From Myxococcales bacterium (lineage in GTDB: Bacteria; Myxococcota_A; Polyangia; Polyangiales; DASUME01), in NCBI GenBank assembly GCA_047601445.1, contig JASGJH010000001.1, forward strand, positions 2,432,001-2,496,000: a stretch of DNA of 64,000 nt, given 5' to 3'. The notes under the pieces were generated by a model. It was not told where the DNA came from. It did no database searches and saw only the letters and a list, made by a program, of their open reading frames with translations. The position numbers were made by a program, and so were the translations under genes. This document shows, piece after piece, positions 13,680 to 24,623 of this stretch (position 1 is its first letter; each line of letters opens with the position of its first letter).

Positions 13680-16125
13680 ATGACCGACGCAGACGAAAAG
13701 TTCGCACCCGATTTCGACGAGCAGGAGATGGATCTCACCGAAGAGATCCCGCTCCTTCCGATTCGCAACGCAGTGCTGTTTCCCGGCGCCGTGGCTCCCT
13801 TCGACGTAGGTCGCGAGAAGTCGGTTGCTCTGGTCGAGGACATCGAGAACCAGAGCCAGCCCATCATCGTGATCTTCGCCCAGCGAGATCCCTCCACGGA
13901 CGATCCGGGCCAGGACGAGCTCTATCCGGTCGGTGTCGCAGCGCGAGTGCTCAAGGCGCTCAAGCACAGCTCCGGCAACTACAGCTTGATCCTGCAGGGC
14001 CTCGTGCGCGTGCGCATGGAGCACGTCACGGTCTCGGCCCCGTACCTGAAGTCGCGAGTCTCGCGCCTCGATGAGCCCAAGGTCGATGACGTGGAGGCGG
14101 AAGCCCTCGCCATGAGCTTGCGGGACATCGCCAAGCAGGTGATCCAGCTGATGCCCGAGCTGCCGCGCGAGGCGGGCTCCCTGATCGATTCGATCCAGGA
14201 GCCGGGCCAGCTGGCCGATCTGGTGGCGGCCAACCTCGACACCCCGGTGGACGAGAAGGCGGCCCTGCTCGAGACCCTCGACGTCAAGGAGCGCATTCGC
14301 AAGGTCCTGCGCCTGCTCACCCGGCAGCTCGAGATTCTCAAGATGCGCGAGCGCATCAACTCCCAGATCAAGGAGGAGATGGGGAAGAACCAGCGCGAGT
14401 ACGTGCTGCGTCAACAGCTCAAGGCCATCAAGGAGGAGCTCGGGGAGGAAGATGGCGACCAGGGTGACCTGGACGTGCTCGACGAGCGCATCGCCAAGGC
14501 CAACCTGCCCACCGAGGCGGAGAACGTCGCGCGCAAGCAGCTCAAGCGCCTCCGGACCATGCAGGTCGGCTCGGCCGAGTACACGGTCGTGCGCACCTAC
14601 ATCGACTGGATCCTCGACGTGCCGTGGCACCAGCAGACCACGGACAAGATGGACATCGCCCAGGTGCGCCAGGTCCTCGACGAGGACCACAGCGGCCTCG
14701 ACAAGGTCAAGAAGCGCATCGTCGAATACCTCGCGGTCCGCAAGCTCAAGCCCGACAAGCAGTGGCCCCATCCTCTGCCTCATCGGTCCCCCCGGCGTCG
14801 GCAAGACCTCGCTCGGCCGCTCCATCGCGCGCGCCCTCGGACGCAAGTTCGTGCGCAACTCGCTGGGTGGCGTGCACGACGAGGCCGCCATCCGCGGTCA
14901 CCGCCGCACCTACGTGGGCGCCCTCCCCGGCCAGGTCATCCAGGGCATGAAGAAGGCGGGCACCATCAACCCGGTGTTCATGCTCGACGAGATCGACAAG
15001 ATCGGCCACGACTTCCGCGGCGACCCCGCGGCGGCCTTGCTCGAGGTGCTCGATCCGGAGCAGAACGACACGTTCTCCGATCACTACCTGGAGATCCCGT
15101 ACGATCTGTCCCGCGTGATGTTCGTCGCCACCGCCAACGTGGCCGATACCATCCCGGCTCCGCTCCGCGACCGCATGGAGATCCTCGAAATCCCCGGCTA
15201 CACACGGCGTGAGAAGCTCGACATCGCGCGCGACCACCTGATCCCCAAGCAGCTCGAGGAGCACGGTCTCTCCAAGGAGCAGCTGTCGATCCAGGACGCT
15301 GCGGTCGAGTCCTTGATCGACCACTACACGCGCGAAGCGGGCGTGCGCAACCTGGAGCGCCAGGTGGCGAGCGTGATCCGCGGCGTGGCGGTGAAGGTGG
15401 CCGAGGGCAACGTCGGTCCCTACAAGATCGAGAACGGCGAGGGCGTGCGCGAGTTCCTCGGGCCCCAGCGCTTCACCAGTGAAGTGGCCGAGCGCACCTC
15501 GGAGTTCGGCGTGGCCACCGGCCTCGCTTGGACCTCCGTGGGTGGCGAAATCCTCTTCATCGAGGCCACGCGCATGCACGGCTCGGGCAAGCTCCAGCTC
15601 ACGGGCCAGCTGGGCGACGTGATGAAGGAGTCCGCGCAGGCGGCCCTCAGCTACGTGCGCACCAGGGCCAAGCTGCTCAACATCCCGGAGGACTTCCTGG
15701 AGAAGAGCGACTTGCACATCCACATCCCCGCGGGCGCCATGCCCAAGGACGGCCCTTCTGCGGGCGTGACCATGATGACGGCCATCGTCTCGCTGCTCAC
15801 CGAGATCCCGGTGCGCAACGACGTCGCGATGACCGGCGAGATCACGCTGCGTGGGCGCGTGCTGCCGGTGGGCGGCATCAAGGAGAAGGTGCTGGCGGCC
15901 CATCGCGCGGGCATCAAGCACGTGATCCTGCCCGAGCGGAACATGGCGGACATCGAAGAAGTACCGCAGGAAGTCCGCGAGGAGCTCGAGTTCCATCCCG
16001 TGCAGAAGATGGAAGAAGTGCTGCGCTTCGCGCTGACCACGCCCGAGAAGCTCAAGCTCGGTGGTGGTGAAAAGGGCGAGAAGAAGAAGAGCGGCAAGAG
16101 CGCCTCGGCGCAACCCGCAGGCTGA
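13680..16125 (+). CDS. lon: ATP-dependent Lon protease (split by a +1 frameshift at about 14763)
   Basis: [12 protein letters not shown]-domain, [41 protein letters not shown] (catalytic Ser), PVGGIKEK. Deleting T14763 restores KQGPILCL. Confidence 0.95.
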
Positions 16126-16237
16126 GCTAGGCCCACGTCCCCATTCGGGAAATCTCGAACGGCCAGGTCGAATAGACTTGGCCGTTTTTGTCATTCCCGC
16201 CGCACTGTCGGTTTGCTACATCCGCTGGATGGGGGAC

Positions 16238-17284
16238 ATGCAAAAGATCATGCGGGCGGCGGTGCTTGGCGCGGGTTCGTGGGGCACGGCGCTCGGCAAA
16301 GTGCTCGCGGAAAACGGCATTCAAACCACGTTGTGGGGACTCAAGACCGACCCCATCCAAGAGATCAACGAGCAGCACGAGAACCCGAAGTATTTGTCGG
16401 GCATCAACCTCCCCTCCAACCTGCGCGCCACCGACTCCCTCGAGGCAGCGCTGGAAGGAGTCGACCTCGTGATGCTGGTGGTCCCTTCGCATGTGCTGCG
16501 TGAAGTCGCGAATCAGCTCGCCCCACGCCTGCCCCTGGGCATCCCGGTGATCACGGCCATCAAGGGCATCGAGAACGACTCGCTGATGCTGCCGTCGCAG
16601 ATCCTCGAGAGCATCTTGCCCAAGGATCGCCACGCCCAGCTCACGTTCCTGGCCGGCCCGAGCTTCGCCCGCGAGGTCGCGCAGGGAATCCCCACCGCCG
16701 TCCTGGTGGCAGCCCATTCCTCCGCCTACGCCGAGCGCGCCCAGAGCGCGCTCAATAACAGCCGACTCCGCGTGTACAGCACCGACGACATCATCGGCGT
16801 CGAGGTCGGCGGAGCCCTGAAGAACGTGGTGGCGATCGCGGCGGGCATCTCGGATGGGCTCGGCTTTGGGCACAACTCACGGGCAGCGTTGATCACCCGT
16901 GGACTCGCCGAGATCGGTCGTCTGGCCACCAAGTTGGGCGCGCACCCCATGACCATGAGCGGCCTGTCCGGCATGGGCGATCTCGTGCTCACGTGCACGG
17001 GCGATCTGTCGCGCAATCGACACGTGGGCATCGAGCTCGGAAAAGGCAAAAAGCTCCCGCAAATCCTGGGAGAAATGACGATGGTGGCGGAGGGCGTCCG
17101 CACCACCAAGAGCGCGTTCGAGCTGAGTCGCCGCGAGCAGGTGCCAATGCCCTTGGTGGAGGGCATGTACCGCATCCTCTACGAGCACGCCGACCCGCGC
17201 AACGAGGTGGCCGACCTGATGGCGCGCTCTCCACGGCCGGAACGCGACGACCTGCGCGAGTCCGAGCCACCCGGGAGGGCGTGA
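16238..17284 (+). CDS. gpsA: NAD(P)H-dependent glycerol-3-phosphate dehydrogenase
   Basis: GAGSWGTA, KGIE, GPSFA, GGALKNVVAIAAG, GDLVLTC, SRN, AEG. Confidence 0.95.
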   Translation: MQKIMRAAVLGAGSWGTALGKVLAENGIQTTLWGLKTDPIQEINEQHENPKYLSGINLPSNLRATDSLEAALEGVDLVMLVVPSHVLREVANQLAPRLPLGIPVITAIKGIENDSLMLPSQILESILPKDRHAQLTFLAGPSFAREVAQGIPTAVLVAAHSSAYAERAQSALNNSRLRVYSTDDIIGVEVGGALKNVVAIAAGISDGLGFGHNSRAALITRGLAEIGRLATKLGAHPMTMSGLSGMGDLVLTCTGDLSRNRHVGIELGKGKKLPQILGEMTMVAEGVRTTKSAFELSRREQVPMPLVEGMYRILYEHADPRNEVADLMARSPRPERDDLRESEPPGRA

Positions 17285-17297
17285 TACGCTGGGCCCC

Positions 17298-18908
17298 ATG
17301 AGCTCCAAGTGGCGTCCCGAGCTCCCGTACATCCTGCTGTTGCCGCTGATCGTCGCGGCCGCCGGAGTGCTCAGCTATTACACGTGGGACACCGCTTCGC
17401 GCTTCGAGGAGCTCGGCGCCAGCTCCATCGCGCACAGCACATTGCTCCTGGTCGAGGAGAAGGTCGACCGCATCGAACAGCAGATCATCTCGCGCGACAA
17501 CGCGGTGTTTCACCTGGTGGACGTGAGCGACCCCGACGGCCTGCGCACACGCTGGCTGCCGCTGGCGGAGCGGGTCTCGCCCAGCGTGCGCGCGGTGCTG
17601 ATATTGAGCGATGATCTCGAGGTCGTGGACTACGCGGCCCGCGCCACGCCCGACGAGCAGAAGGCCTTCCTACGCCTGTTCAAGAAGAAGCTGGCCCCCG
17701 AGCTCTCGCTATCCGAGCTCGGCAACGAGCAGCTGCGGCATCTGCACATCACGCTGAACGGCACCAGCTACCTCATCTCGTACATGGCGACCACCTACGA
17801 AGGCACGACCTTCATCGTCGTGGCGCACCACGACACCGGGTACATCGTGCGCGAGGAGTTTCCCCGCCTGTTCGCCAACGAGGAGGCGCGGGCCTACTTC
17901 AACATCGTCGACGACGACGGCAAGCGCATGTTCGGCGACAGCCTGGCCAAGGTCGCCGACTACCTGGTGGGCAAGCGCTTTCCCACTACCCTGTATCGCT
18001 GGCGCCTGCAGCTCGCGCCCAAGGACGCGCCCTTGCTCGAGCAACAGGCGCGTCAGCGAGAGTTCAACAAGGCGGCCCTGATCGGGTCTTCTGCGCTCAT
18101 CCTGGTGGTCGCAGTGGCTTTCTTCCTGTTCGCCTCGCTGCAGGAGCGCCGCCTCAACGCCCTCAAGAGCGACTTTATCGCCAACGTATCTCACGAGTTG
18201 AAGACGCCGCTGTCCGTGGTGCGCATGTTCGCGGAGATGTTGATGACGGACCGCGTGACCTCGCCGCAGAAGCAGCGCCAGTACCTCGAGATGATCGGGC
18301 GTGAATCCGAGCGTCTGAGCGGCCTGATCGAGAATGTGCTCGACTTCGCGGCGCTGGAGCGCGGCAAGCAGACCTACGCACGCGAGGAGGCTGATCTGGC
18401 CGAGATCGTACAGCGCGGTGTGGAGACGGTGCGTCCGCGCCTGGAGAACGTGGAGCTCCGGATGAGCCTGCCGGAGGCGGTGCCCAGCGTGTCGGTGGAT
18501 CCGCAGGCGGTGCTGCTCGCCGTGATCAACCTGATCGACAACGCGGTGAAGTACGGCGAAGGCTCTCCCATCGACGTCAGCCTGCTGGTGCAGAAGCGCG
18601 AGATCTGGATCCAGGTGCGCGATCGTGGCCCCGGCATTCCGCGCGAAGAAACCCGGCGGGTCTTCGACCGCTTCTATCGGGTGCGGCGTCCCGGCCAGCA
18701 GGTTCGCGGGTCGGGCATCGGGCTGTCACTGGTGAAGCACATCGCCGACGCCCACGGCGGACGCGCCTGGGCCGAGAATGCCCCCGACGGCGGCGCGATC
18801 GTGAGCTTCTCGGTGGCGCGGGAGCGCGGGGATAAGCGGGCGTTCCCGGCCAGCGAAGCGACATTGAACGACCCGCCCGAAGGTGTACCCTCGTCGAGGT
18901 CATCATGA
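17298..18908 (+). CDS. Membrane sensor histidine kinase
   Basis: Two TM segments flanking a periplasmic domain; H-box NVSHELKTPL, N-box NLIDNAVKY, DRGPGI, GSGIGL. Confidence 0.95.
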   Translation: MSSKWRPELPYILLLPLIVAAAGVLSYYTWDTASRFEELGASSIAHSTLLLVEEKVDRIEQQIISRDNAVFHLVDVSDPDGLRTRWLPLAERVSPSVRAVLILSDDLEVVDYAARATPDEQKAFLRLFKKKLAPELSLSELGNEQLRHLHITLNGTSYLISYMATTYEGTTFIVVAHHDTGYIVREEFPRLFANEEARAYFNIVDDDGKRMFGDSLAKVADYLVGKRFPTTLYRWRLQLAPKDAPLLEQQARQREFNKAALIGSSALILVVAVAFFLFASLQERRLNALKSDFIANVSHELKTPLSVVRMFAEMLMTDRVTSPQKQRQYLEMIGRESERLSGLIENVLDFAALERGKQTYAREEADLAEIVQRGVETVRPRLENVELRMSLPEAVPSVSVDPQAVLLAVINLIDNAVKYGEGSPIDVSLLVQKREIWIQVRDRGPGIPREETRRVFDRFYRVRRPGQQVRGSGIGLSLVKHIADAHGGRAWAENAPDGGAIVSFSVARERGDKRAFPASEATLNDPPEGVPSSRSS

Positions 18909-19595
18909 CCGGACCCAAGACCATCCTGCTCGTCGAAGACGACCCGAGCCTGGCACTCGGGCTGGTGGACGCGCTCGAATTCGAGGGTTTTCGCGTGCTT
19001 CACGCGGCGCGTGGGGTGGACGCGATCGAGCAGGCCAAGCGCAACGGCCCGGACTGCATCATCCTCGATCTCATGCTCCCGGACCTGAACGGCTACCAGG
19101 TCTGCGAGCAGCTCCGGCGGGGCGATCCGCGGACCCCGATCGTGATGCTCACCGCCCGCAGCCAGGAGGCCGACAGAGATCCGGGGCCTCGACGCCGGAG
19201 CGGACGACTATGTGACCAAGCCCTTCTCGGTGGGCGAGCTGGTCGCCCGTATTCGGGCCATCTTCCGGCGCACGGCCCGCAACACGGGCTCCGATCAGCC
19301 ATTTACCATCGGGGAAGCCACCATCGACCCCGGCAGCCATACGCTCACGCGGGGAGAGATCTCCGAGCAGCTGTCTTTCTACGAAGTGGAGCTCTTGAAG
19401 CTGTTGTTCGAGCGCAAAGGCCAGCCGGTCTCCCGCGACGATATCCTGCGCAAGGTCTGGGGGGTGGATGCCAACCCCACCAACCGCACGGTCGACAACT
19501 TCGTGGTGAAGCTGCGCAAGAAGATCGAGGCGGAACCGGCCCAACCGCGTCACATCCTCACGGTCTACGGCCTGGGCTACAAGCTGGTCCCATGA
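18905..19595 (+). CDS. OmpR/PhoB-family response regulator (+1 frameshift at about 19176)
   Basis: ILLVEDD, ILDLMLP, MLTA. Deleting G19176 restores [18 protein letters not shown]. w[18 protein letters not shown]...TVYGLGY. Confidence 0.92.
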
Positions 19596-19620
19596 AGCGG
19601 TTCCCCGAAGCCCCACCCGC

Positions 19621-20160
19621 TTGGGGACTTTGCTCTCACGAGGGCCGGCCGCTTCGACGTTGACAGTCCCCTCCCAGGCACCTAGAAGAGCCCCCAAGAC
19701 GGGTCAAACCTTGGGAGACACGGGCAATCGTCGCAGCGCAGGGTGGTATGCAGGGGCGGCCACGTTTTGGCTCCTTGCCGCCTGGCTCATCACCGTGGGT
19801 CTCAGCTCCATCATTCCCCAGATCTTTTGGCCTTCTGGGGGCGCAGCCGTATCGGGTTCGTGCGAACCTGCGCTGGTGAAGCTGAAGCAAGAGCTGCTGA
19901 CACGGGCCAGCCAGAGCGTGGCTGACGCCCCCGAACCCAGCGACCGCGAGCAGCTCGAGAAATGGCTGCGCGACTGGGACCACCGCTTGTCGGTGGCGCG
20001 TCCGACCTGCAATCCAACCGAGCAACAAGCCTGGGCAGAACTGCTTCGCCTGCGCCACGGCATGCACGCCCTCATCGAGCGTTTCGACCGCGAAGAGGCA
20101 CCTCGCATTCGCAAACTCGAAGCGCTCCTTTCAACCGGCGCCGCGCAAAGCGCCGAGTAG
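19621..20160 (+). CDS. Hypothetical single-pass membrane protein (start uncertain)
   Basis: Hydrophobic segment ATFWLLAAWLITVGLSSII followed by a helical domain with two Cys; fills the gap before deaD. Confidence 0.6.
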   Translation: MGTLLSRGPAASTLTVPSQAPRRAPKTGQTLGDTGNRRSAGWYAGAATFWLLAAWLITVGLSSIIPQIFWPSGGAAVSGSCEPALVKLKQELLTRASQSVADAPEPSDREQLEKWLRDWDHRLSVARPTCNPTEQQAWAELLRLRHGMHALIERFDREEAPRIRKLEALLSTGAAQSAE

Positions 20161-20173
20161 TGAGAACCGCACC

Positions 20174-22030
20174 ATGAGTGACGAAACAGAACCGCGTGAG
20201 ACGGCCCCCACCTTCGAGGCCCTCGCCCTCACGAGCGCGGTGCGCCGCGCGCTCGACGAGCTCGGCTTCACGCACCCCACCCCGGTGCAGACGGCGGCCT
20301 TCGGCCCGGCGTCCGAGGGGCACGACCTGATCGTTCAGTCCCGCACGGGCACCGGCAAGACCCTGGGCTTCGGACTGCCCCTGGTGGATCGCCTGGTGGA
20401 AGAAGGCCACGGCGTGCAGGCGCTAATCTTGGCCCCCACGCGGGAGCTCGCGCTGCAGAGCCAGCGAGTACTCGAGCAGGTCGGCAAGTACCGCCACCTC
20501 CGCACCGTGGCGGTGTACGGCGGCGCGCCCATGGAGCGCCAGATCGCCCAGCTCAAGCAGGGAGCGGAGATCGTTTCCGGCACGCCCGGACGCGTGCTCG
20601 ACCATTTGCGGCGCGGCACGCTCGATGCCGCGGGCATCCGTGTGCTGGTGCTCGACGAGGCCGACGAGATGTTCTCCATGGGCTTCGCAAAGGAGCTCAA
20701 CGCGATCATGGACGCGCTGCCGGACAACCGGCAGTTCCTCTGCTTCTCGGCCACCATCGACGACAACGTGCAGCGCATGGCCGAGCGCCGCATGCACGAG
20801 CCCCAGTTCATCACGCTGTCGAGCGATCAGGTGGGCGCGGCAGAGATCAGTCACTACTTCTACATGATCCTCGGCGACAAGCTCAGCGCCCTGATCCGGG
20901 TGCTGGAAGTGGAGGATCCCGAGAGCGCCATCATCTTCTGCAACACGAAGAACGAGACGGAGACCGTGGCCCGTCATCTCTCGGCCGCGGGCTTCAACGC
21001 GGACTGGCTAAACGGCGATCTTCCGCAGCGTGATCGCGAGCAGATCATGAAGCGCACGCGCGAAGGACAGCTCCGCTACATGGTGGCCACCGACGTGGCC
21101 GCGCGCGGCATCGACATCTCGCACCTGACCCATGTGATCAACTTCGGCTTCCCGGAGTCGGCCGAGCAGTACGTGCACCGCACGGGCCGCACGGGCCGCG
21201 CAGGACGCACGGGCACGGCGATCTCGGTGCTGGGTCCCTCGAACCTGGGTGCGCTCTATTACCTGCGGCTCACCTTCAAGATCTTCCCGATCGAGCGCTC
21301 CATTCCGAGCGCCACCGAGCTCAAGACGCGCAAGGAGGCCGACCGGCTCGCGCTGTTGTCCGAGGCGTTCAAGAACGCTCCGCTCGATGATCATCGAGAC
21401 GTGGTGCGCCGCTTGCTCACCCACCCGGACTCCGAGCGCATCCTGATCGGCCTGGTGCGCAGCTTCTTCTCGGGCGTCACCTTCGACGTGGACGAAGCGG
21501 CAGCCGCAGCGCGCCGAGAACGCAGCCTGCCGCCGCCCGCCAAGCAAGCGAGCTCCGCGGAGGGCAGCGACGAAGAGGAAGAAGCCGAAGAAGAGGGCTT
21601 GGCGCAGGCCTCGAGCGGCAAGCGCAAACGACGTCGGCGCAAGGGTCGGTCCGAAGCCGGTGGAAACCCGGAGCAAGGGGCCCCGACCGGGACCGCGCAG
21701 GCCAAAGAGCTCGCGAGCGAATCCCAGGCCCCGGCGTCCGCGGAGGAACCCGCGGGAGAGGCGCAGCTGGACGAGCCGCCCCCGGTGCTCGAGGACATGA
21801 CCACGCTCTACTTCAACGTAGGGAAACGAGACGGTCTCGAGCCGCGTGACCTCGCCACACTACTCGTGAACACGTGTGGTCTCGGTGCCGAGGACATCGG
21901 CCGCGTGCGCGTGAAGGACCGCCACACCTTCGTGGGCGTGCCCACGGAGCGAGCGGATGCAGTGATCTCGTCTTTGCAGGGGCAATCGATCAAGAATCGG
22001 GCGTTGCAGGTAGAGCGCGCCCGGAGCTGA
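20174..22030 (+). CDS. deaD: DEAD-box RNA helicase with C-terminal DbpA/CsdA RNA-binding domain
   Basis: Q motif PTPVQ, TGTGKT, PTRELA, DEAD, SAT, ARGID, HRTGRTGRAG; C-terminal LYFNVGKRDG. Confidence 0.9.
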   Translation: MSDETEPRETAPTFEALALTSAVRRALDELGFTHPTPVQTAAFGPASEGHDLIVQSRTGTGKTLGFGLPLVDRLVEEGHGVQALILAPTRELALQSQRVLEQVGKYRHLRTVAVYGGAPMERQIAQLKQGAEIVSGTPGRVLDHLRRGTLDAAGIRVLVLDEADEMFSMGFAKELNAIMDALPDNRQFLCFSATIDDNVQRMAERRMHEPQFITLSSDQVGAAEISHYFYMILGDKLSALIRVLEVEDPESAIIFCNTKNETETVARHLSAAGFNADWLNGDLPQRDREQIMKRTREGQLRYMVATDVAARGIDISHLTHVINFGFPESAEQYVHRTGRTGRAGRTGTAISVLGPSNLGALYYLRLTFKIFPIERSIPSATELKTRKEADRLALLSEAFKNAPLDDHRDVVRRLLTHPDSERILIGLVRSFFSGVTFDVDEAAAAARRERSLPPPAKQASSAEGSDEEEEAEEEGLAQASSGKRKRRRRKGRSEAGGNPEQGAPTGTAQAKELASESQAPASAEEPAGEAQLDEPPPVLEDMTTLYFNVGKRDGLEPRDLATLLVNTCGLGAEDIGRVRVKDRHTFVGVPTERADAVISSLQGQSIKNRALQVERARS

Positions 22031-22031
22031 A

Positions 22032-22706
22032 ATGAAGTGCAAGACCCTGTTCGTCGTGAGCTGTCTGGGGCTCATGCTGGGCTGTGAAGATCATCCGAAG
22101 TCCATCCAGAATGTCCGCGGCTTGCTGGGGCCGGATGGCCGTCCAGTGCAGGACCGTGCGCCGGTGACGGGCGCGGCGCCTGAGCCCGTCCGGGAGGCGC
22201 AGCCCGAGTTCCAACCCCTACCCAGCCCTTTTGCCGCGCCCGCGGCGGCGCCCGCGCCGGCTCCGCAGGCGCCCGAACCCGAGAAGCCTCCAGCGGTCGC
22301 GCGCGATCTGTCGAGTGAGCTCGGCCGCCTCATCCCGCAACCGAGTGAGTGCCTCGATCTCGGGCAAGCCAGCAAGCAGGGCAAGGTCACGATTGCGGTG
22401 CACGCCCTGGTGTCGCCGAGCGGCCGCCTGTCTCAGGTGTCGGCGTCGGTCCCAGGTCAGCCCTCCGCCGCCGTGCGCTGCGTCGAGCGACGCGTCGGGC
22501 AAGCGACCCTGGCTCCAGACGTTCCCGGAGCCCCCATCCAGGTGGATGCGAATGTTGCAGTCGAAGTGGTCTCACAGGCCCCGCCCGAAGCTGCGCCCAA
22601 GCTACCCGCACCTACCTCACCCGCCACGCCGTCCGATGTCGCTCAGCCGGAGAATAGTGAGCTGGCCCAGCCGGACGGCACGGACTTCGCTCAACCCAGT
22701 CAGTGA
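22032..22706 (+). CDS. Pro-rich lipoprotein with an AgmX/PglI (TonB-C-like) domain
   Basis: Lipobox LMLGC; C....GKVTIAV..VSPSGR.......C pattern. Confidence 0.6.
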   Translation: MKCKTLFVVSCLGLMLGCEDHPKSIQNVRGLLGPDGRPVQDRAPVTGAAPEPVREAQPEFQPLPSPFAAPAAAPAPAPQAPEPEKPPAVARDLSSELGRLIPQPSECLDLGQASKQGKVTIAVHALVSPSGRLSQVSASVPGQPSAAVRCVERRVGQATLAPDVPGAPIQVDANVAVEVVSQAPPEAAPKLPAPTSPATPSDVAQPENSELAQPDGTDFAQPSQ

Positions 22707-22754
22707 GGCCTTGCTGGGTCTCTCCTCGGTTGAGTAGGCTGCTGGCCGATCTAC

Positions 22755-24623
22755 ATGACCGTGCAGCCTCAGGTTTCTTCCTCCTCACTCGTCATCGCGG
22801 GACGCTTCGAAGTCCGCGAACGTCTCACCGTGGACGGTTTTGGCGAGATCTTCGGTGCCAACGACCGCAAGACCGGTAAGCCCGTCACCCTTCGCCCGCT
22901 CGTGCCGCAAATCGAGGCGGACGCGCGCAAGGTGCTCAAGGCGATCGGCAACTTCAACCATGCCAACGTGGTCCCGCTCTACGGCATCGTCAGCAATGAC
23001 AATGGGGCTCCCTTCCTGGTCCAAGGACCCATCGCAGGACAACACCTGGCCGCCTTCGTCGCGACGCGCACCAGGTCCGGCAAGCCGATCAGCTTGCACG
23101 GCGCCTACAACGTCGTGGCGCACGTCTGCAACGCGCTGACCGCGATCCACGCCAGCGGTCCCCATGGGGCGGTGCGGCCCTCGGCCGTGTGGATGCACGA
23201 CGACGGCCGCGTACAGCTCAACGACTTGTTGGTGGCGCGCACCCTGCTCGGACGCGGCGGAATCGCCGGTATCCCCGAGCACGAAGCTGCCTATCTGGCG
23301 CCCGAGCTCAAGGCCGGTGGCGTTCCGTCGACGGCCAGCGATGTGTTCGGGTTGGGCGCGCTCCTCTACACGCTCCTCACCGGCCGCTCTCCCACGGACG
23401 AGTTCGCGTATCCCTCGCAGGTGCACCCGGAGGCGAGCCCCGCGGTCGATCAAGAACTTTTCCGGGCGCTCGCGCCGGACCCCGCAGCCCGCCATCGCAG
23501 CGCCGAAGAATTCCGCACGGCCCTGCTGGCCATCGTCGGCGATGCCCCCTCGCAGGGCGCCGACGACTTCGGACACGATATCGAGATCGAGGTGAACCTG
23601 GCCTCGCTGCGGCCTGCCGCCGGACGCGCCTCGATCGCCAGCGCACCCAAGGCGGCCCGGATCCCCCAGGTCAACGACGGATCGCCCGAGGTCGGCTCGC
23701 GCGTCTCCATCTACGACAACTTCCGCGTCTCCGTGGTCGATGCCGATGAGGCCGCGGCCGCGCGCGATCGCCGCTCGCTCGGCGAAGTGGACCTTTCGGG
23801 TGCCCTCGCCAAGGTTACCGAAGACGATTCGCCACGCTGGATGGTGGTGAAGCACGGCATGGACCACGGCCCGTTCTCGGGGCGCCAGCTGGTCAACATG
23901 ATCGTGCAAGGTGAGGCCCTGCGCGATCACGAGCTGCTCAACACGGACACCGGACGCCGTGGCAAGGTCGGCGAGTTCGCGGAGTTCACGGACTTCCTCT
24001 CGCAGTACGAGCTGGTGCGCGCCGAACGCGAGCGCACCGCGGCCATCGCCACCGCCGAGACCAAGGACAAGCGCTCCACCGTGTTCAAGGCGGGCATGGG
24101 TCTGATCGCTCTCGCCGTGGTGGGCGCGGCGGGCGGTCTCTACGCCCTCACGCGCGGCAATGCCGGCAACGAAGGCCGCGACGATGCCGCGCTCGACATG
24201 TACAAGCGTGGCGACCTCGAGATCTCCGGCTCGGCCGGCATCCTGCCGAAGCCGAGCGGCGTGCGTCGCTCGGGTGGTGGCGGCGGGGGCGGGGGCGGGG
24301 GCGGCATGTCCTACGAAGACGCCATGATGCAGGCGATGGACATCGGCAGCGCGTCCGGCGGCGGCGAGCAGACGCTGAGCGCGGGGACCGTCGCGGGTGT
24401 GGTCAACAAGAACCTCAACGGAATCTACGGGGCCTGCGTACGCGGCTCCGTGGGCAAGGTGAAGATCGACATCGCGATCGCAGGGAGCGGCCAAGTCATG
24501 GGCGTCACCGTGAACGCAGGCGACGCCGGCTTCCAGAAGTGCGTGGCCGACCAGGTGCGGCGCATCCGCTTCCCGTCTTTCCCTGCACCGCGCATGGGAG
24601 CGCGCTACAGCTTCGACACATGA
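22755..24623 (+). CDS. Hanks-type pseudokinase with GYF_2-like region, TM and periplasmic AgmX/PglI C-terminal domain
   Basis: GRF.V...L...GFG.I, HANVV.LYG, YLAPE, SDVFGLG; W.V......GPFS; TM; C-terminal C...GKV.I.I.I..SG.V.....CV....RI.FP. Confidence 0.8.
   Translation: MTVQPQVSSSSLVIAGRFEVRERLTVDGFGEIFGANDRKTGKPVTLRPLVPQIEADARKVLKAIGNFNHANVVPLYGIVSNDNGAPFLVQGPIAGQHLAAFVATRTRSGKPISLHGAYNVVAHVCNALTAIHASGPHGAVRPSAVWMHDDGRVQLNDLLVARTLLGRGGIAGIPEHEAAYLAPELKAGGVPSTASDVFGLGALLYTLLTGRSPTDEFAYPSQVHPEASPAVDQELFRALAPDPAARHRSAEEFRTALLAIVGDAPSQGADDFGHDIEIEVNLASLRPAAGRASIASAPKAARIPQVNDGSPEVGSRVSIYDNFRVSVVDADEAAAARDRRSLGEVDLSGALAKVTEDDSPRWMVVKHGMDHGPFSGRQLVNMIVQGEALRDHELLNTDTGRRGKVGEFAEFTDFLSQYELVRAERERTAAIATAETKDKRSTVFKAGMGLIALAVVGAAGGLYALTRGNAGNEGRDDAALDMYKRGDLEISGSAGILPKPSGVRRSGGGGGGGGGGGMSYEDAMMQAMDIGSASGGGEQTLSAGTVAGVVNKNLNGIYGACVRGSVGKVKIDIAIAGSGQVMGVTVNAGDAGFQKCVADQVRRIRFPSFPAPRMGARYSFDT

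Noticed and set aside
14750..14775. Programmed frameshift or pseudogenisation of lon
   Set aside because: There is no slippery sequence, both halves are fully conserved, and the same +1 pattern occurs in three other genes, so error is more likely.
24270..24305. G-rich run resembling a G-quadruplex (similar run at about 30613-30650)
   Set aside because: Explained by poly-Gly codons in protein linkers.
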